A stretch of DNA of 64,000 nt from Lytechinus pictus (taxonomy: Eukaryota): the NCBI RefSeq assembly GCF_037042905.1, contig NC_087251.1, forward strand, positions 48,486,001 through 48,550,000, read 5' to 3'. How positions within the stretch are numbered: the stretch's first letter is position 1; the number at the start of each line of letters is the position of its first letter. Of this stretch, positions 31,743 through 45,275 are shown in pieces. The position numbers and the translations under genes were made by a program. The notes below the pieces were generated by a model. The model had not been told where the DNA came from, ran no database searches, and was given only the letters and a program-made list of their open reading frames with translations.

Positions 31743-31802
31743 TACATATATATATGTAGAGAGAGAGAGAGAGAAATGGAGAGAGCAGAAATATTGCTTG
31801 TG

Positions 31803-32046
31803 CACTCTAAAAATATTGGGTAAAAGTGCTCCATGAGGGTAATTATGTGTCCAACCAACATGGGCATTTCTTTTGGGCAAGTTTATCGAGTGTGATGAAA
31901 AGTTTGCCCATTCTAAAGTAATTGCTGCTTATTTTTTCCTTACTGGACAATATGTTTTCCGCATTGGGTAAAATACTGCCCCAAATTGGTGGGACACATA
32001 ATTACCCTCGTGGTGATAAAAAATTTACATAACATTTTTTACAATG
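31803..32046 (+). mobile_element. CACT-terminated MITE (same family as 48023-48254)
   Basis: CACTCTAAAAATATTGGGTAAAA...AGGGTAATTATGTGTCCAACC. Aligns in opposite orientation with 48023-48254. Confidence 0.75.
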
Positions 32047-34611
32047 CACATGTAGATCCCATGCTATCACATGCTTCATTTGAAATTTACATAATTTTTT
32101 TCCCTTTGAAGATGCACTACCTCTTGAAATCAAGGCAGCGTGAAGGGTTATTGAGCTATCTTTCTCTTAGAAATCAATCAATTTCATGTTTCCTTGAGAG
32201 TTGCGGAAGATATACGTTTTGTATTCGTCGCATCGTTGCTTATCTCTCAGCGACTTCATCATCTCTCTCTCTCTCTCCCTCTCCTTCTGTCTCTTTCTCT
32301 ATTTCTAGCTGAATCTCTTTTTTCTTCATCGTTTATTCACAACGCGACAAAAAATAAAAGCGCCAATTTTTCAGCCACTTAACAAGTCTGCCTGGCTGAG
32401 AAATTACTAGTTATTCTCTACAGAGTATGCTTACCTATTTTCAAAAGCTCTTTTCGCACACGGCTGCCATGGCAACGGAAGCTCTTTTTTTATATATACA
32501 TGATGCCTGATTCCAAAAAGAAAGGACAATGCACGAATCTGGACGTCTGCATGAATTGACATTTCGATTTTTTCCCCCTTCGTCTTTCTCTTAGATTTTT
32601 TTTCTTATCTCGTCTCACAATACTAGATAACAACACTCTGTTATGGCGCCTTGTAAATTAGCTTCGACTTTATCTATTCATGTAGATCCTATCAGATATT
32701 ATGATAAATCTTCAAAATGTGTGGTCACAGCTGACATTTATGAAAATAAGACTACGCATTCTGATGATTTTTATATTTTAATCCAGTATACCATAAGCAT
32801 TATTTCAACACTTACTGATACGATAAGTATACCTATCCATGTGTGATTGAAAACTCAAATAATCACTAATTTAGCTGATAGTCTATCCCTTACAATCCTT
32901 TGGTCAGATAGGAAAGGCCAGAATTCAAAGCCAAGCTGTAATTTGTTTTACATATATATACGATATCGCGATATTACGGCAGGTATAGGGTCTCACAAGT
33001 CGCTGTGCTGCACCATCCATTTTAAAGAACATCTGATCAGGATGTTAGAGTATTTCAATTGGACGTTAAGCATATTTTTCTGTATAAGGACGTGCTGTAA
33101 GTTGTAGGCTACAACTCAATATTCTTCATTCTGGTAATATTTGGCAATGTTCTAAAAATAGCAATATTTACAAAATTCGCCACCTTTAAAGTTTAATATT
33201 TGATTTAAATGCTATTTCGGCGAATTAATTATGTTTTTTTACTGAATTCATCCTTGTTTCTCAGCTAAATCGTGTATGATTAGAGGTTGGTATTTTGTAG
33301 AGAGAGAGAAAGAAAGAAAGAAAGAAGGAAGGAAATAAAGAAAGAAAATAAAGAGAGAGGGAGAGAGAGAGAAAGAAAGAAAGAAAGAAAGAAGGAAAGA
33401 GAGAGAAAGAAAGAGTTTATAAGGAGATATTTTATTAGCATGATGTATAACGGTTACACAACCTCGAGGTAAGATGCGATAGCACCGATATATCATGAAT
33501 GCTTAATAAGATTGAGATGAATTAGGGCTAACCGCCGGACCGCTGTAATTGAAATGTCAGCCTCTTATTAATTACATTGCACTTATGTTCTCTTATGAAT
33601 TTCGTGTGCAGCTTATTTCTTACTCTAAATTACGTTCATTCGATTTGAATTAGTTTTCCTAAAATTATCACTTTAGTTCTATTTAATTTTGTAACTAAAA
33701 ATTTGGAAGAAACAATTAAATCAAAAGAATACTCTCATTAGTCCCCTTTTTTCCAAAGGATACATAACGATTTACCAAAAAAGAATAGAAAACAGTCATC
33801 ATTGTATAGTACATACTCGTCTTTACAATAATGAACGTGAAATAACCCCCAAACACAATGAAATGATATGAATTTTGATATCATTAATACAGAGCTCAGT
33901 ACTAAATTTAGTTTTACTATTTGTAGTAAAACGTATAATTTTCATTTCAGAATTTAGTATGAATAATTCCATTCACCCAGTTTTACGAATATTGGATTAC
34001 AATATTTCCTGTAAAGCCACTGTAGAAATTAAATTCCTCGTTTGCAAAGGAAAATAATCTTCAAACATTTACAAGTAGAACCTTCATAGTGTGATATATT
34101 TAGATCGAGCGAGCACCAAAGAAACGGAGAAATTGAAAAGAATGAATTTGAAAGAGAGAGAAATGGTGGGCGATCGCTAGAAAGTGATGAGGCATGATGG
34201 CATTGGTATGGTGTTTTCACAAAAGAGTATGGGTAATATGAGACAAGAATATCCCTCCAAAAACTGGGCTACTGCCCTATCTCTTTCAGGTCTTTTGGCT
34301 TCTCCTCGCCTCAGACACCAAGTCGGAAAGATTCCTGCCTGCCCGTGAACATTTGGTATGGTTTTGCAGCGCGACTCAGAACGGATTCAAGAACAGAGTA
34401 ATTGTATTGAAAACGCCTGTCAATTGACAAAGAACCGCTGACAAGTCTTTGTCGAAAGTGGTTGAACTGGAAGAGAACTTCGTCCTATGGTTTGGCGCTG
34501 ACGAACAAAATGCAAATATGTAGTTTGTCAGGGGCCCAGGACTAATCTACTGTTTTGATTAACCCTTTTTTCGACAAAAAACATCTTGGTTACCCTTTAT
34601 CATGACAATAC

Positions 34612-34897
34612 GGGTGCGTCGTGGTCTAGTGGTTCTGGCTCTCGCATTTCAAACAGAGGGTCGTGGGTTCGAATCCTAGCCATGGCGTGTTTTCCTTCAG
34701 CAAGAAATTTATCCGCACTGTGCTGCACTCGACCCAGGTGAGGTAAATGGGTACCGGCAGGAAGTAATTCTTCAAAAAGCTGTGCGCACCAGAATCGGTA
34801 GACTAGCTTAGCCGGTGTAATATAGGGGCGCCTTGAGCACCTAGCAAGGTGGATACGTGCGCTGTACAAATCCTATATTATATTTATATTATTATAA
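34612..34897 (+). mobile_element. tRNA-derived SINE
   Basis: A box TGGTCTAGTGG, B box GGTTCGAATCC, body CGACCCAGGTGAGGTAAATGGGTACC, TAT-rich tail, possible AATAC(G) TSD. Confidence 0.85.
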
Positions 34898-37800
34898 TAC
34901 GTTTTCTATGATCTTCAACCCATTCTGCGTCGCGGTGCCAAAACTTGTTATTGTCAATCTTGACAGGGTTGATGATTCGGAATAAAAACAGGCAAGCGTT
35001 TGGCTCTAAACAGAATAATTACTTACATTGGCATTAACAAAATAGAAGAGCATTTTTTTGATAATGCATTCAGAAAGGTTTTTTAGGGTTAGATCTCTAA
35101 AACAAAATGACATATATTTCAATGAAATCTCTTTTTGATGAGATATATAACTTTAAGTTGACCAAAATAAGATATTGTAAGTTTTCTTTGAATAAAAATA
35201 TATAATTTTATGGCTAAAATCTTCTTTTTTTTCGGAATAAGGAATGGATAACTTCAAAATGGGAAATATTTTTAGGCCAATGTTAAGAAAATTGTATGTT
35301 TCATTTCTATCAACAGAGAGCGTGATCGAAGTCGAAAAAATACGATATGGGGGAGGTTGTTTCTTTTCTTTTAATTCGGTAACGTCTAATGACCTAATTT
35401 CATAGTCTCCTCTGCACCCGTCCTCCTCATATACCCTTCCCTGTTCTATCCGACCTTCTCTACCCGAATTTCTGCCGATAAGCCACCGCGCCCCCACAAT
35501 TCACCCCATGTCAACCCTCGAGTCTTCCCCTTCTAACTGACGAGATTCCATCGATACATGGCTCGGAGCTGTAGCCGTTGTCATAGCGTCACACGATCTT
35601 CCCTTTTCACTTCGGCTTGACATCGACAGGAAGACCTCGTTCACTATGTCTCGCAGATAATCGAACACATCTTTCCCGCCATGCCACCAACAAAAGAAAA
35701 TTAAGAAAGGTATAATGGGAGAAAAACGAGAGAAAACCCTCTGAAAATTAAATTGACTGTTCGACGTTTTAGAACTGTAATGGTTGAGATAGGTTTTCCA
35801 AGTTGTATGTATGATGTCTGCGAAACAATCTTGAATTTAGAAGTGCAGGACAACCAGGGAAATGTGTATTATATTTGTTTCAAATATCTATTTTGAAAAA
35901 AAAACGTCTTCCATTTAAAACTGAATTGCTATACAAGATAACTTTTCAGAAGAACTGTAGCGCCAGTAATAAAACCAGTGGTCATTCATTAAGCACTAAA
36001 GAATAATTATATTGTACAGCGTCTACTCAACGACATTGTGAAGATCATTTATTCACTTTACATTATTAATCAAATGGTATAGTGTGTGTTTGTGTGTGTA
36101 CATCATTATGTGTGTATTGGGAATTATTTCAGTGGCAAAATTTGGTATATCTTTCTTTAAACTTTGCATTCATCATTTTTAAAACATGGAACAGGAAAGG
36201 CGGAGGTTTATTGCATATTCATAAATGTTTGCAGTGAAATGCATTTAACGCGATTTAGCAAATAGCCAAGTTTCGACAGGTTACACAACGCGTGGCAATG
36301 TGTATTCGTATTAACTATAGCATATTCACCAAAAACTAAAAAGATATGCAGCAGCCCTATGTTCAATCAAGGCGTACGTTAAAAATGGTGTTATGTGTAA
36401 TCTCACTTCCTTGTTACAAGTTAAAGATGTTTTATGGGATATTGCAAAATTCTAGACTGCGAAAAAAGATCATCCAGTGAAAATAGGAAAATTTGTTTTC
36501 TTTTGTGAGATGTGATTTGACATTGCAATGTCGAATGGTTAGAAACGCAGTGCTCTCCACCGGGTTGTTTTTATATATAGCTGGAATAGGGGGTAGTAAA
36601 CACTCAATGTCACTTATGAAAAAGGTCATGAGCAAATTACTTGCTATGCAGGAAATGTCTATTTCTTTTTCGTCTTCCCTCTCCTTCCATCCAACCTCTT
36701 TCTATCTTCCCTGCTCTTCTACACCACTCTCTTTCTTTCTCTTATTTTATTTTCTTCTTCTCTCCCTCGCTTCTCTTTGCGTTGATTCTTCTACAGTCAT
36801 GTATGTTTGTGTTGGGCAAGCGAGAGTGGAAGACGGCGAATGCCGTAGACGAATTCCCAGCCGACTTGGCTGATCACATTTAATTTGGCTGCTAATTTAA
36901 TGTGCGCTTAGTAATAATTGCTAATCGAATCGAGGGAAATCAACTGAGTGTTGGAGTCCTCGAGAGCCCGGCATCATACCCCATGTCTTGTTATTGCAGC
37001 TAAATCACCAGTCCCACACGCAAGCAATCCCGTTGGATTTTGCAAAAGGGGGAGAAGATATCGAGCCTGCATGCGTAATCCCTTCCCATTTTCATTTTCG
37101 GTCAAACCTTACCAGTTGACTTTCGACTGAAATGTTTATTGAATGTCCTGACAGCTAGAGCATACGTCTCTACACCCTCTTGAGGCTTGTTGATTGAAAG
37201 TCAGCAACGCAGTCATCTTGAAGTAATCCTTGATCATCATACAGGCTTACCCTAAATTAGAAAACAGAGGAAGCACTAGATCTTAGTCCATCTATATTAC
37301 CGGTAGACGTACGCATACCGTTCCAATTTCCGCGTCCCTCAAATCAGGATCAGCATTTACATATGATGCTAGAGATAGTTAAAAGCAAGGACAGGTTGTC
37401 AAGCATTATCCTCTGCAATTTCGCGCCTTCGAATTTGATTACGCGCCGTTTGTTGGTTGCTTGACATCATATCAGTGCTTGGCTACATGCAATGTGTTTG
37501 GTAGTCTCACTTTTCCATATACTTGTCACTGGTCCATTTGGGTGGACAAATCGATACAGAAATGCTACATCACAGACTTGATGCACCATCTCCTGACACT
37601 TCTCAAGGCAGTTCATTACTGATGCACCGAATGAATTTGAGATGAGCCGTCTTCTCTGACCAATCCGAAATGCCACCTTGTCGTTTACGCGGGTAGGTCA
37701 GGCTGGGATCATTGCAACCGACTCGAAGGCCCCAACACTTCTCGGAAATGCAATCCTAATTGAATTAATGTATGTGAATTTTAACTGTTGACAGCACCAT

Positions 37801-37936
37801 AAAAACAAAGAACCGGATTTATATGCATACAGACTGTTGACTATCATGATATGAAAACAAGATAAAGGCCGTACTACTTATTTATTTGTGGTCTTTTATC
37901 ATGTTAATAGGCAACTTTTCCTTGTACAGCTGCATC

Positions 37937-38122
37937 AACTTGGCGTTGTGGTGTGCGCTGGTAATCCAAGCTACATCGGGGAAGTTAAAATGCTGAAGTT
38001 CGATGTTCGAGCCTTGGTCAAGTCTTTAGGATGACGACGTTAAATGTCATTTCCAAACGTAAATAGTCATATGTGATTGAGACACTTCTGTTAAAAACCA
38101 AAACACACACACACACACACAC
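37937..38122 (+). mobile_element. Decayed SINE-like element with 7SL/Alu-domain-like head and (CA)n tail
   Basis: GGCGTTGTGGTGTGCGCTGGTAATCCAAGCTACATCGGGGA resembles the SRP RNA 5' end. It is followed by a B box-like GTTCGAGCC, then GTCTTTAGGATGACGACGTTAAA, then (CA)n. Confidence 0.55.
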
Positions 38123-38887
38123 TTACAGACTAATAAAAATAAGTAGCATATTTGGAAATAACCGTAACCTAAATTCATAATTCCAATAATTCCAGTATTT
38201 CACTGCTCATCTCTTCGTAACCCATGCAGATGGTGACGTCAAGGTTCCCCTTCTTGGTAATTTTGCGCTCTTTGACTGCAGTAATGTAAGTTTGCCCTGC
38301 TAACCATTCCATGCACGTGCAACTACTTTGTCAGACTGTTCGCTTGATGAATCCGTAATCTAAATTCGTGATTTGCCTTAATTCTGAAGAGGACCCTTAA
38401 GAAAGCATTTTCAAGACGACCCATTATGTTTACATCAAAAGCTGTTTCATGGAATCGTTGCTATTCTTGTATAATCTCCAACACTAGCCGGAGAATGGAG
38501 AAAAAAAATTATCATCCCAAATCTCGCCATTAAATAGCTGTGGTCTTATTCATGGACATTATCTTTATTATAGCATTACTTGCATAATTAAGTCGTATAT
38601 CGTGTATAAAATGCAGTCTTTGTAAACTGGACTGTACTTTTTGTATTTATCATAGTCCATAACATGGCACAATATCGTCACTTATCTTATGGCATGAACA
38701 CCACTATAGCCTTATATGAGAATCGATGGTAATTATGTATTTTAAAGACAATAATATATTGGTAGTTTTGTTCTTAAATCAAATGATGATAAAATTATTT
38801 GCGAATGTTTCGTATTGTTAACTATACAAATAACTTGACACATGTAATCAAACAGTCATGAATTTGAACTTAATAAAAGTCAACCTA

Positions 38888-39086
38888 CACTCTTAAAAAT
38901 GTTGGGCAACATACTGTCCACACAACAATAATGGTTAAAACGTTATCAAATTCTTGGTAGTTTTAAACCAATAATGTGTGCTTTGGGTGAAGACTACACA
39001 GCATTGGTTGAAAACAACCCAGAGTTGGATACAATTTTTAACCAATTGTTGTGTGGACAGTAGGTTGCCCAACAATTTAAGAGAGT
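38888..39086. mobile_element. Palindromic CACT-type MITE
   Basis: CACTCTTAAAAATGTTGGGCAACATACTGTCCACACAACAAT...ATTGTTGTGTGGACAGTAGGTTGCCCAACAATTTAAGAG. Confidence 0.8.
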
Positions 39087-41074
39087 ATGATGTAACTCAA
39101 AATAATTATAACGAGCGAGTGGGGTCAATAAAAAACGATGGTATTGCGCTTAAAAACGGATTTTAATCGAATGTGGTTGTTACTTTCGCTAGTATTTACA
39201 TTTAAATCTATTTTGTATGATTTGATTGTGATTCTGTTCTTGAAATTATCAAAATGGTCACAAAGATATACTCGGTGTGTATAGTGAGTGCACTCCCACA
39301 CAGAAACAAGAGCACCCAGCATATGATTATCGTAAGCAGATGAGACATTATAATTTGATTAAATAAATTCTTCATTGGAGTTATATTAACTTACGACATT
39401 ACACATCAGTATGCAATAAAAACTACAATCGAATTAATGGCGTCATATACATTATGAATCATACTTTGTGACTTGTTGTCCTTATAGTACAACTAGTGCA
39501 CATTACATACTCTTGTTATGTTGTCAGGTGGGAACTCCCCTAATGACCATGGGGAAGAGTAGCCATGGTCGGATCTTGAACTTTGCATTGATTCAATTAA
39601 ACTTGATTATTTTTCTTTTCCCGACTGAATGTCTTATGATAAATTTATGTGACTATTCATGAGGAGAATGGAATTGCGTTGACCAAAATAGCACTGCTCG
39701 CTTCTTTCAATTCGCATGTCAACGCCACATTTTCCCCTGTGTTTATGATCTTCGGAATTCGGAAACAGTCACAAATCATCAAAACCTTTTTAATAAAGAC
39801 CTACTAAATGAGAAAACATTAGAAGATATTTAGTAAAATAATTCCATACGATGTTTTTTTAGGGATTCGTTCTTGTCAACGAAAAACGCTGTTCTTTTGC
39901 GAAATGAAAACAGTTTATCAAACACATGAACGATTACATTTTCCTATTCATTTGTATCTACCTTTTCAGGAGGAAGGGTGGTGCGGGGGCTTTCATGCGC
40001 ATCATGAAAACGTCCAGTTTGGATGTCCCTTCATGTGCACAGCTGAACAATCTAATCATAATCATTTTAAAAGATCAAAACTGGATTGAGTAGCATTTCT
40101 AATGTGAACATTCTGACTCCCGCATTCTCTGCCGTATGAGACCATCACAATCAACGTGCAGTATCCCCTCGAATAATCGAATTACTTGAGAAATGGCGAA
40201 TACAGCTTTCACCGTTTATCCCTAGTGTTTGGCAACATTACCGTGTCATGATGCATCATAATACCCTTTTTTGTGACAAAATCTAGAGGAATATTCACAC
40301 GGAAATGGATGGAACTCAGTAGGCTTAACATCGATGGCGATATCTTTTTTTTATTTTTATAAATGTTGGAAACAACCATGTCTGGTGTCGACCTAACGTC
40401 ACTGAGTTCTTTTCAATATTGTCGGTAACAGTTTTCATAGTTCCCCCCGAGGCAACTGATTATTGTACAGGTAAGAGGCACCCTGATAATAAATTAGAAT
40501 ATTAATTGGCAGAGACGTCGAGCAAGATGATGGGCCATGTTGTCGGTAGTAGGTGATGAAGGTGACATCATAACAATGTTATACCATGCAAACTGGTTAA
40601 AATCCAGCTTATATAAATATAGTCCTGTTGCTATTCTGCTATGTGACCACTGAATCTACGGACATTTTCTCTAATTCTTCCTCTTTCTCCACCTCTCCCT
40701 CCCTGTCTCTCTCTCTCTCTCTCTCTCTCTATTATCCCCCTCTCTTTCTGTCGGTCTCTCTCTCTCTCTCTAACATCTTCTCATACACACGTATATTTTG
40801 TTATTCCATGCACACATATACACACGTACTTCCACATTCTTTCTCCATTACTCATACACACCCACACATACAACTGCCACACTAACACAAACATATATGC
40901 AATCTTCCTATAACCCCAAGAATAATTACACCCCCTACACAGCCTTTCGCTCTGTGTTCCTTTTCTATCTGAATTGATGCCAGAATTGTTACGTAAGACT
41001 GTCTAAAATCCTGTAAGTCCATATCTAACTTAGATGTCTCATTATGAAAAGGTGGTCATATTTAGTAGTTTTAC

Positions 41075-41845
41075 CCCCTCCCTTTGTCTTGCTCTCTGAA
41101 TTTCTCCCTTCCTCTAATCCTATATTGCTTTTCATAATTATTATATATCCTTCGAAGTGTTCCTGTCTATTCCCCTTTTCTCCCTATCTGCTCTTCTACT
41201 CACGTACAACCCAGCAGATTCGCAGTCAGAGTTACTGATGTATTTGAAAAAGATTTAATACAATTGTTATTAAAAAAAAACTAGAAATCCTTATTATTTC
41301 GAAATGAAACCCTAAAAAGTATTCGTCGTGATCGGCTATGATATAAAAATAAATGTCATTAGTATTTTCATCGTAAATATGGTTAATGATCCAGGTTTAA
41401 AACCATACAAGTGTTATTAAATTTGATTTGGAAAATAGTGGACAAAGTGAGAAAAACCTTAAAACCCTCCATTGTTCTCGAAAAAGTTGTATCCCCTGCC
41501 TCTCTTTTGTTGTCTTATTTTCTTTCTCTATCATCCTATATTGATTTTCATAATTGTTTCTAAACCCTTCGTAGTGTCCCCCGTCTATTTTCCTCTTTTT
41601 ATCTGCTTTTCGATGCAATTACAACACAGCGGATTCATGGTCAGAGTTACTGAGATGTACTTGAAAATGTTTAAATACCATTTTGATAAAAAAAACACTA
41701 AGAATCCGATTTATTTCGCAATAAAAACACATATCAAGTATTTTTATCGTAATAATGCTAATGATATAACTTTCAAACCATTTAAGCGGTATTCAATATT
41801 GATTAGGAAAATATTGGACAAAACTGGTAAAATCTTGAACCCTTT
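41075..41845. repeat. Diverged tandem duplication, ~415-bp period
   Basis: Shared blocks TCCTATATTG...TTCATAATT, GTCAGAGTTACTGA and TGGACAAA...AAAA(C/T)CTT occur twice in the same order. Confidence 0.75.
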
Positions 41846-41872
41846 AAATACGCGATTGGTTGCTATTAAGTC

Positions 41873-43176
41873 CAGTGGCGTAGCTAGGATTTTTTTCCCG
41901 GGGGGGCACTGGGGGGTCCTTGCTTTTTCAGGGGGGGCACCGACTATTTTTCCGGTGTGTGTGTGTGTATGTGTCACAAGGGCGGATCCGAATTTCGCCA
42001 ATAGGGGACGGGGCCCGAAATTATCTTCACCTATATCAGTCACTTCTTAGTTTTATTCTTATAAAACAACATAAACATGAAATAATCTCATAAGTCTGAT
42101 AAAAAGTGCGAGCGCGAAGCGCGAGCGATTTTTTTTTTTACATTCATGTATTTTTAATTTAATTTTCTGGGCAATGTTATGTGTGATCCTGAACAAGATT
42201 CGTATGTAACTAGATGGCTACTGCGAACGCCAAGCGCGAACAGAAATTTTCATCAACTGTTCTAGCATTATCGAAAAGGGACCTGTTAAGGACTGCTTAC
42301 AGTTACCCACGAAGACGTTATATATTTCGATAATGCGAGTGCGAAGCGCGAGCAAATTTTTTTTTACATTCCGACCTAAAAAATGGTCATTCTAAGCACT
42401 TTTTGTATTAATAAATGGGATAGGTATGTTACTAAACAATTGATGCGAGCGCAAAGCGCGAGAGGAAGAAAATTTAGATTTTAGACCTAAAGCGGGACAT
42501 TCTATTCATATTTTGTAAATCATAAATAGGATATAGTCAATTGGGTATCATTAATAATGCGATCGTGAAGCGTGAGCAGACAATTATTGATTTTCTGATG
42601 TGAAACTGGATAATTCAAGTACATGTACATTTCAAATAAAGAACATGCAGGCTATCGCGCGTGTTGTAGATGTAGACCTAGAATCTGGGCATTCTGAATA
42701 CATTTGTTTAATGGAACATTATGGAATACACGTAGACAATATGAACTTCGCAAATCAAACAATGTGACCACGCAGCGTGAGCTTAAAATGCTGATATATT
42801 ATATGTAGACCATAAAACGGACATTTTACAATGTATTCAGAATGCTCCATATCAGCCTATCGAGCAAGATATGAATTTAATCGAACAGGCAATTCTGGCG
42901 CAAAGCGCCAGCAAAAATTTCATATAGTAACATAAATAGATTTGTTTTTTTAATTACATTATTTCATTCACTCGTCTTCCTCCTTTTATTTTCTTCTTCT
43001 TTTTTTCTTCTGTCTTTCTTCTTCTTTTCCTTTTTCTTTTTTTCTTTTCTTCTCCCTTTTTTCTTTCCTTTTTTTTTTGCTCTGCCAATTTTTTCTGGGG
43101 GGGGGGCACCTGGGGGGGCACACCAAATCTCAGGGGGGGCACGTGCCCCCCCAGGCCCCCCGTAGCTACGCCACTG
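41873..43176. mobile_element. Non-autonomous hAT-type element
   Basis: TIR CAGTGGCGTAGCTA / TAGCTACGCCACTG. Perfect 8-bp TSD ATTAAGTC at 41865-41872 and 43177-43184. Internal GCGAGCGCGAAGCGCGAG sub-repeats. Confidence 0.92.
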
Positions 43177-44265
43177 ATTAAGTCTAACCAATCTTCGGCC
43201 ACAAATTTTCAATTACATTTTGTGGAAACGAAAGGAACGTGTTGACACTGAAATGAAAAATCATGTTTACTGCAGCAGTGGTAGATGTGGTTGCCTTAAT
43301 GAACGGTTTCCCCCAGGGTTAGAGGCCTACTATTCTATGGCCGACCATCAAAATGGGAATTGCAGTGCCCCTGTCAATATTGCAGAAGTGTGAATAAATG
43401 TTTAAAGTTATATTATTATTTGTACCCGATGTCGGCTTCCTCCTGAATACACACCAACGAAACCGACTCAATGTCTTTCATCGGTCTGGAGTCGGTTTCG
43501 TTTGTGCTTTGACATCGGGAAGAGAGAGGGGGTTGGGCGTGGGCTAGATGTCTTTTCCCTAATACACAAAGAGTACACGATATCATATCATACAAGCTGT
43601 TGCTGCCGGGTCGTTGCCATGGTTGTCCATACTTCTTGATAGCGAGAGATGATATAGCGTACAGGATTTAGCCCAGAGATCTATGAGTTTAATACTTATC
43701 TGAATTGGTATTGTTGATAAGCTGGGCCACACATTTTTCAAGCAAGATATTAGTTCAATAATGATGAAAGTCAGAATGAGCCCTCTTCTTAAAATCAATT
43801 AGGAATAATCTTTGGATTTGTCGGATGGAGCTAAACCCTACAATATACTTTGTTATATAGCGTAATGACTTTCCGTTGCGGCTGTTGATCTTGTTTTGAT
43901 ATGTACAACTATTCCACAGTTGTGTTAAGCAAACATCGGCCAATGTTTTTCGACCCCAAGTTGTCTAATGGACTAAAACATCGAATAGGATATGGATATC
44001 CTCTCTTTCATATAGCAGACTGATTAAATGTATACAGGTTTAATATGTTTTTGTCTCTCCCGACCTTGAATTTATTCATCCCGCTTGCGACCGAACGTTG
44101 GTGATAGTAATCCTATCCCCCGACTCCATTCCTTTCGCGCTTGGAGAATGCACTCGTAATCTATTATGATAATGACTGACTGGTGTATGGTCGCGTTGAA
44201 TTATTTGCCGGTGGCTATCGTCACGGTCCTATATATATATGTATTTGTATATATATATATATATA

Positions 44266-44366
44266 TAAATGTGTAAAGTTATACATGTACAACAGCTTTT
44301 GGCAACTCTTTTTTATTTAAATATTGTAAAGAAATGGATGAAGAGAACAAAGGTAGGCGTAGCTTA
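44266..44366 (-). mobile_element. Inverted 3' fragment of the tRNA-containing repeat
   Basis: Reverse complement of TAAGCTACGCCTACC...TGTACATGTATAACTTTACACATTTA, adjacent to (TA)n. Confidence 0.85.
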
Positions 44367-44415
44367 CCGGATAGAGAAGATATATATATATATATATATA
44401 TATATATCTTCTCTA

Positions 44416-45265
44416 TCCGGCCCGCGAGACTGCTGTCTTTTTTAAAATGCACTTTTAAGTCACAATATGAAGCATAGCTCAATATGATTACATTGTGTAT
44501 CCAAGTAAACCGTAATAAAAGTAATGGCAGTCAAATTAATTTGACTATTAAACAAAGTTTAGTGGAGTCTTTTCTGTCCGTTTTATTAATAAATGAACAG
44601 CACGGCGCTACATTGAAAAAGTAGTTTCATGTCAAACGTTGATAACACGTGCGCACACATTCCAACACCCGAACAATTTGGTTAAAACGTAAACTTAATT
44701 GCCGGTTCAGTTCTGCGGATTTTCTCAGGGTTAAATTAGTCATCATTCATTGTTAGCCAGGTCAAGATGGCATCAAATTCTGCAAAGAAAAGAAAGGTGG
44801 ATGCTGAAAATCGTGTTTTCCGTGAAGAATGGACAGACAAGTATGCATTCATTTTGCCGCAATCGAGCACAAGGCCAATGTGTTGGCCAATCTACTTTGA
44901 CTACAAAAAATATTGATAGGCCTATACTACAAAACATTATCGGTTAAAATTGACATCGGTACAATCTACACTCACACTCCTTTTAACAAAGTACTAAAAT
45001 TTAGTTGTCATTACTATTGACTCTCGCTGTATTTTGAAATCTTTTCTAATTTTGCCTGTGTTCCATATGAAACTGTTATCAATTTGTTGGATTAAATTCT
45101 CCCAAAATAAGGGCCAGATTGCACCAGAGAGCATCTGGACCCCGGCCGCAAGGGTCTTCGCACTTCCCGCTCATTTTTTTTTCTAATTTTTTTCTTCACC
45201 CTGGCCCTTTCAGGTTTATTTCGAGTCTCATCTGGCCCTTCAAAAAAAAAGTTTGAGAACCCCTG
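44416..45265 (+). mobile_element. Internally deleted hAT (Charlie/GTF2IRD2-like) transposon
   Basis: Right end GTTTGAGAACCCCTG, subterminal GGCCC motifs, transposase N-terminal remnant inside. Left TIR missing. Confidence 0.75.
44767..44916 (+). pseudogene. hAT transposase N-terminal remnant
   Basis: Hand translation gives MASNSAKKRKVDAENRVFREEWTDKYAFILPQSSTRPMC, matching the KRKVD-x-E-x-RVF-xx-EW...P-x-C start of GTF2IRD2/EPM2AIP1-like transposases. Truncated at the first Zn-finger Cys. Confidence 0.75.
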
Positions 45266-45275
45266 TCATATATCA

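Noticed and set aside
41472..42050. 192-aa ORF
   Set aside because: It spans a tandem duplication and a transposon end, with no protein motif.
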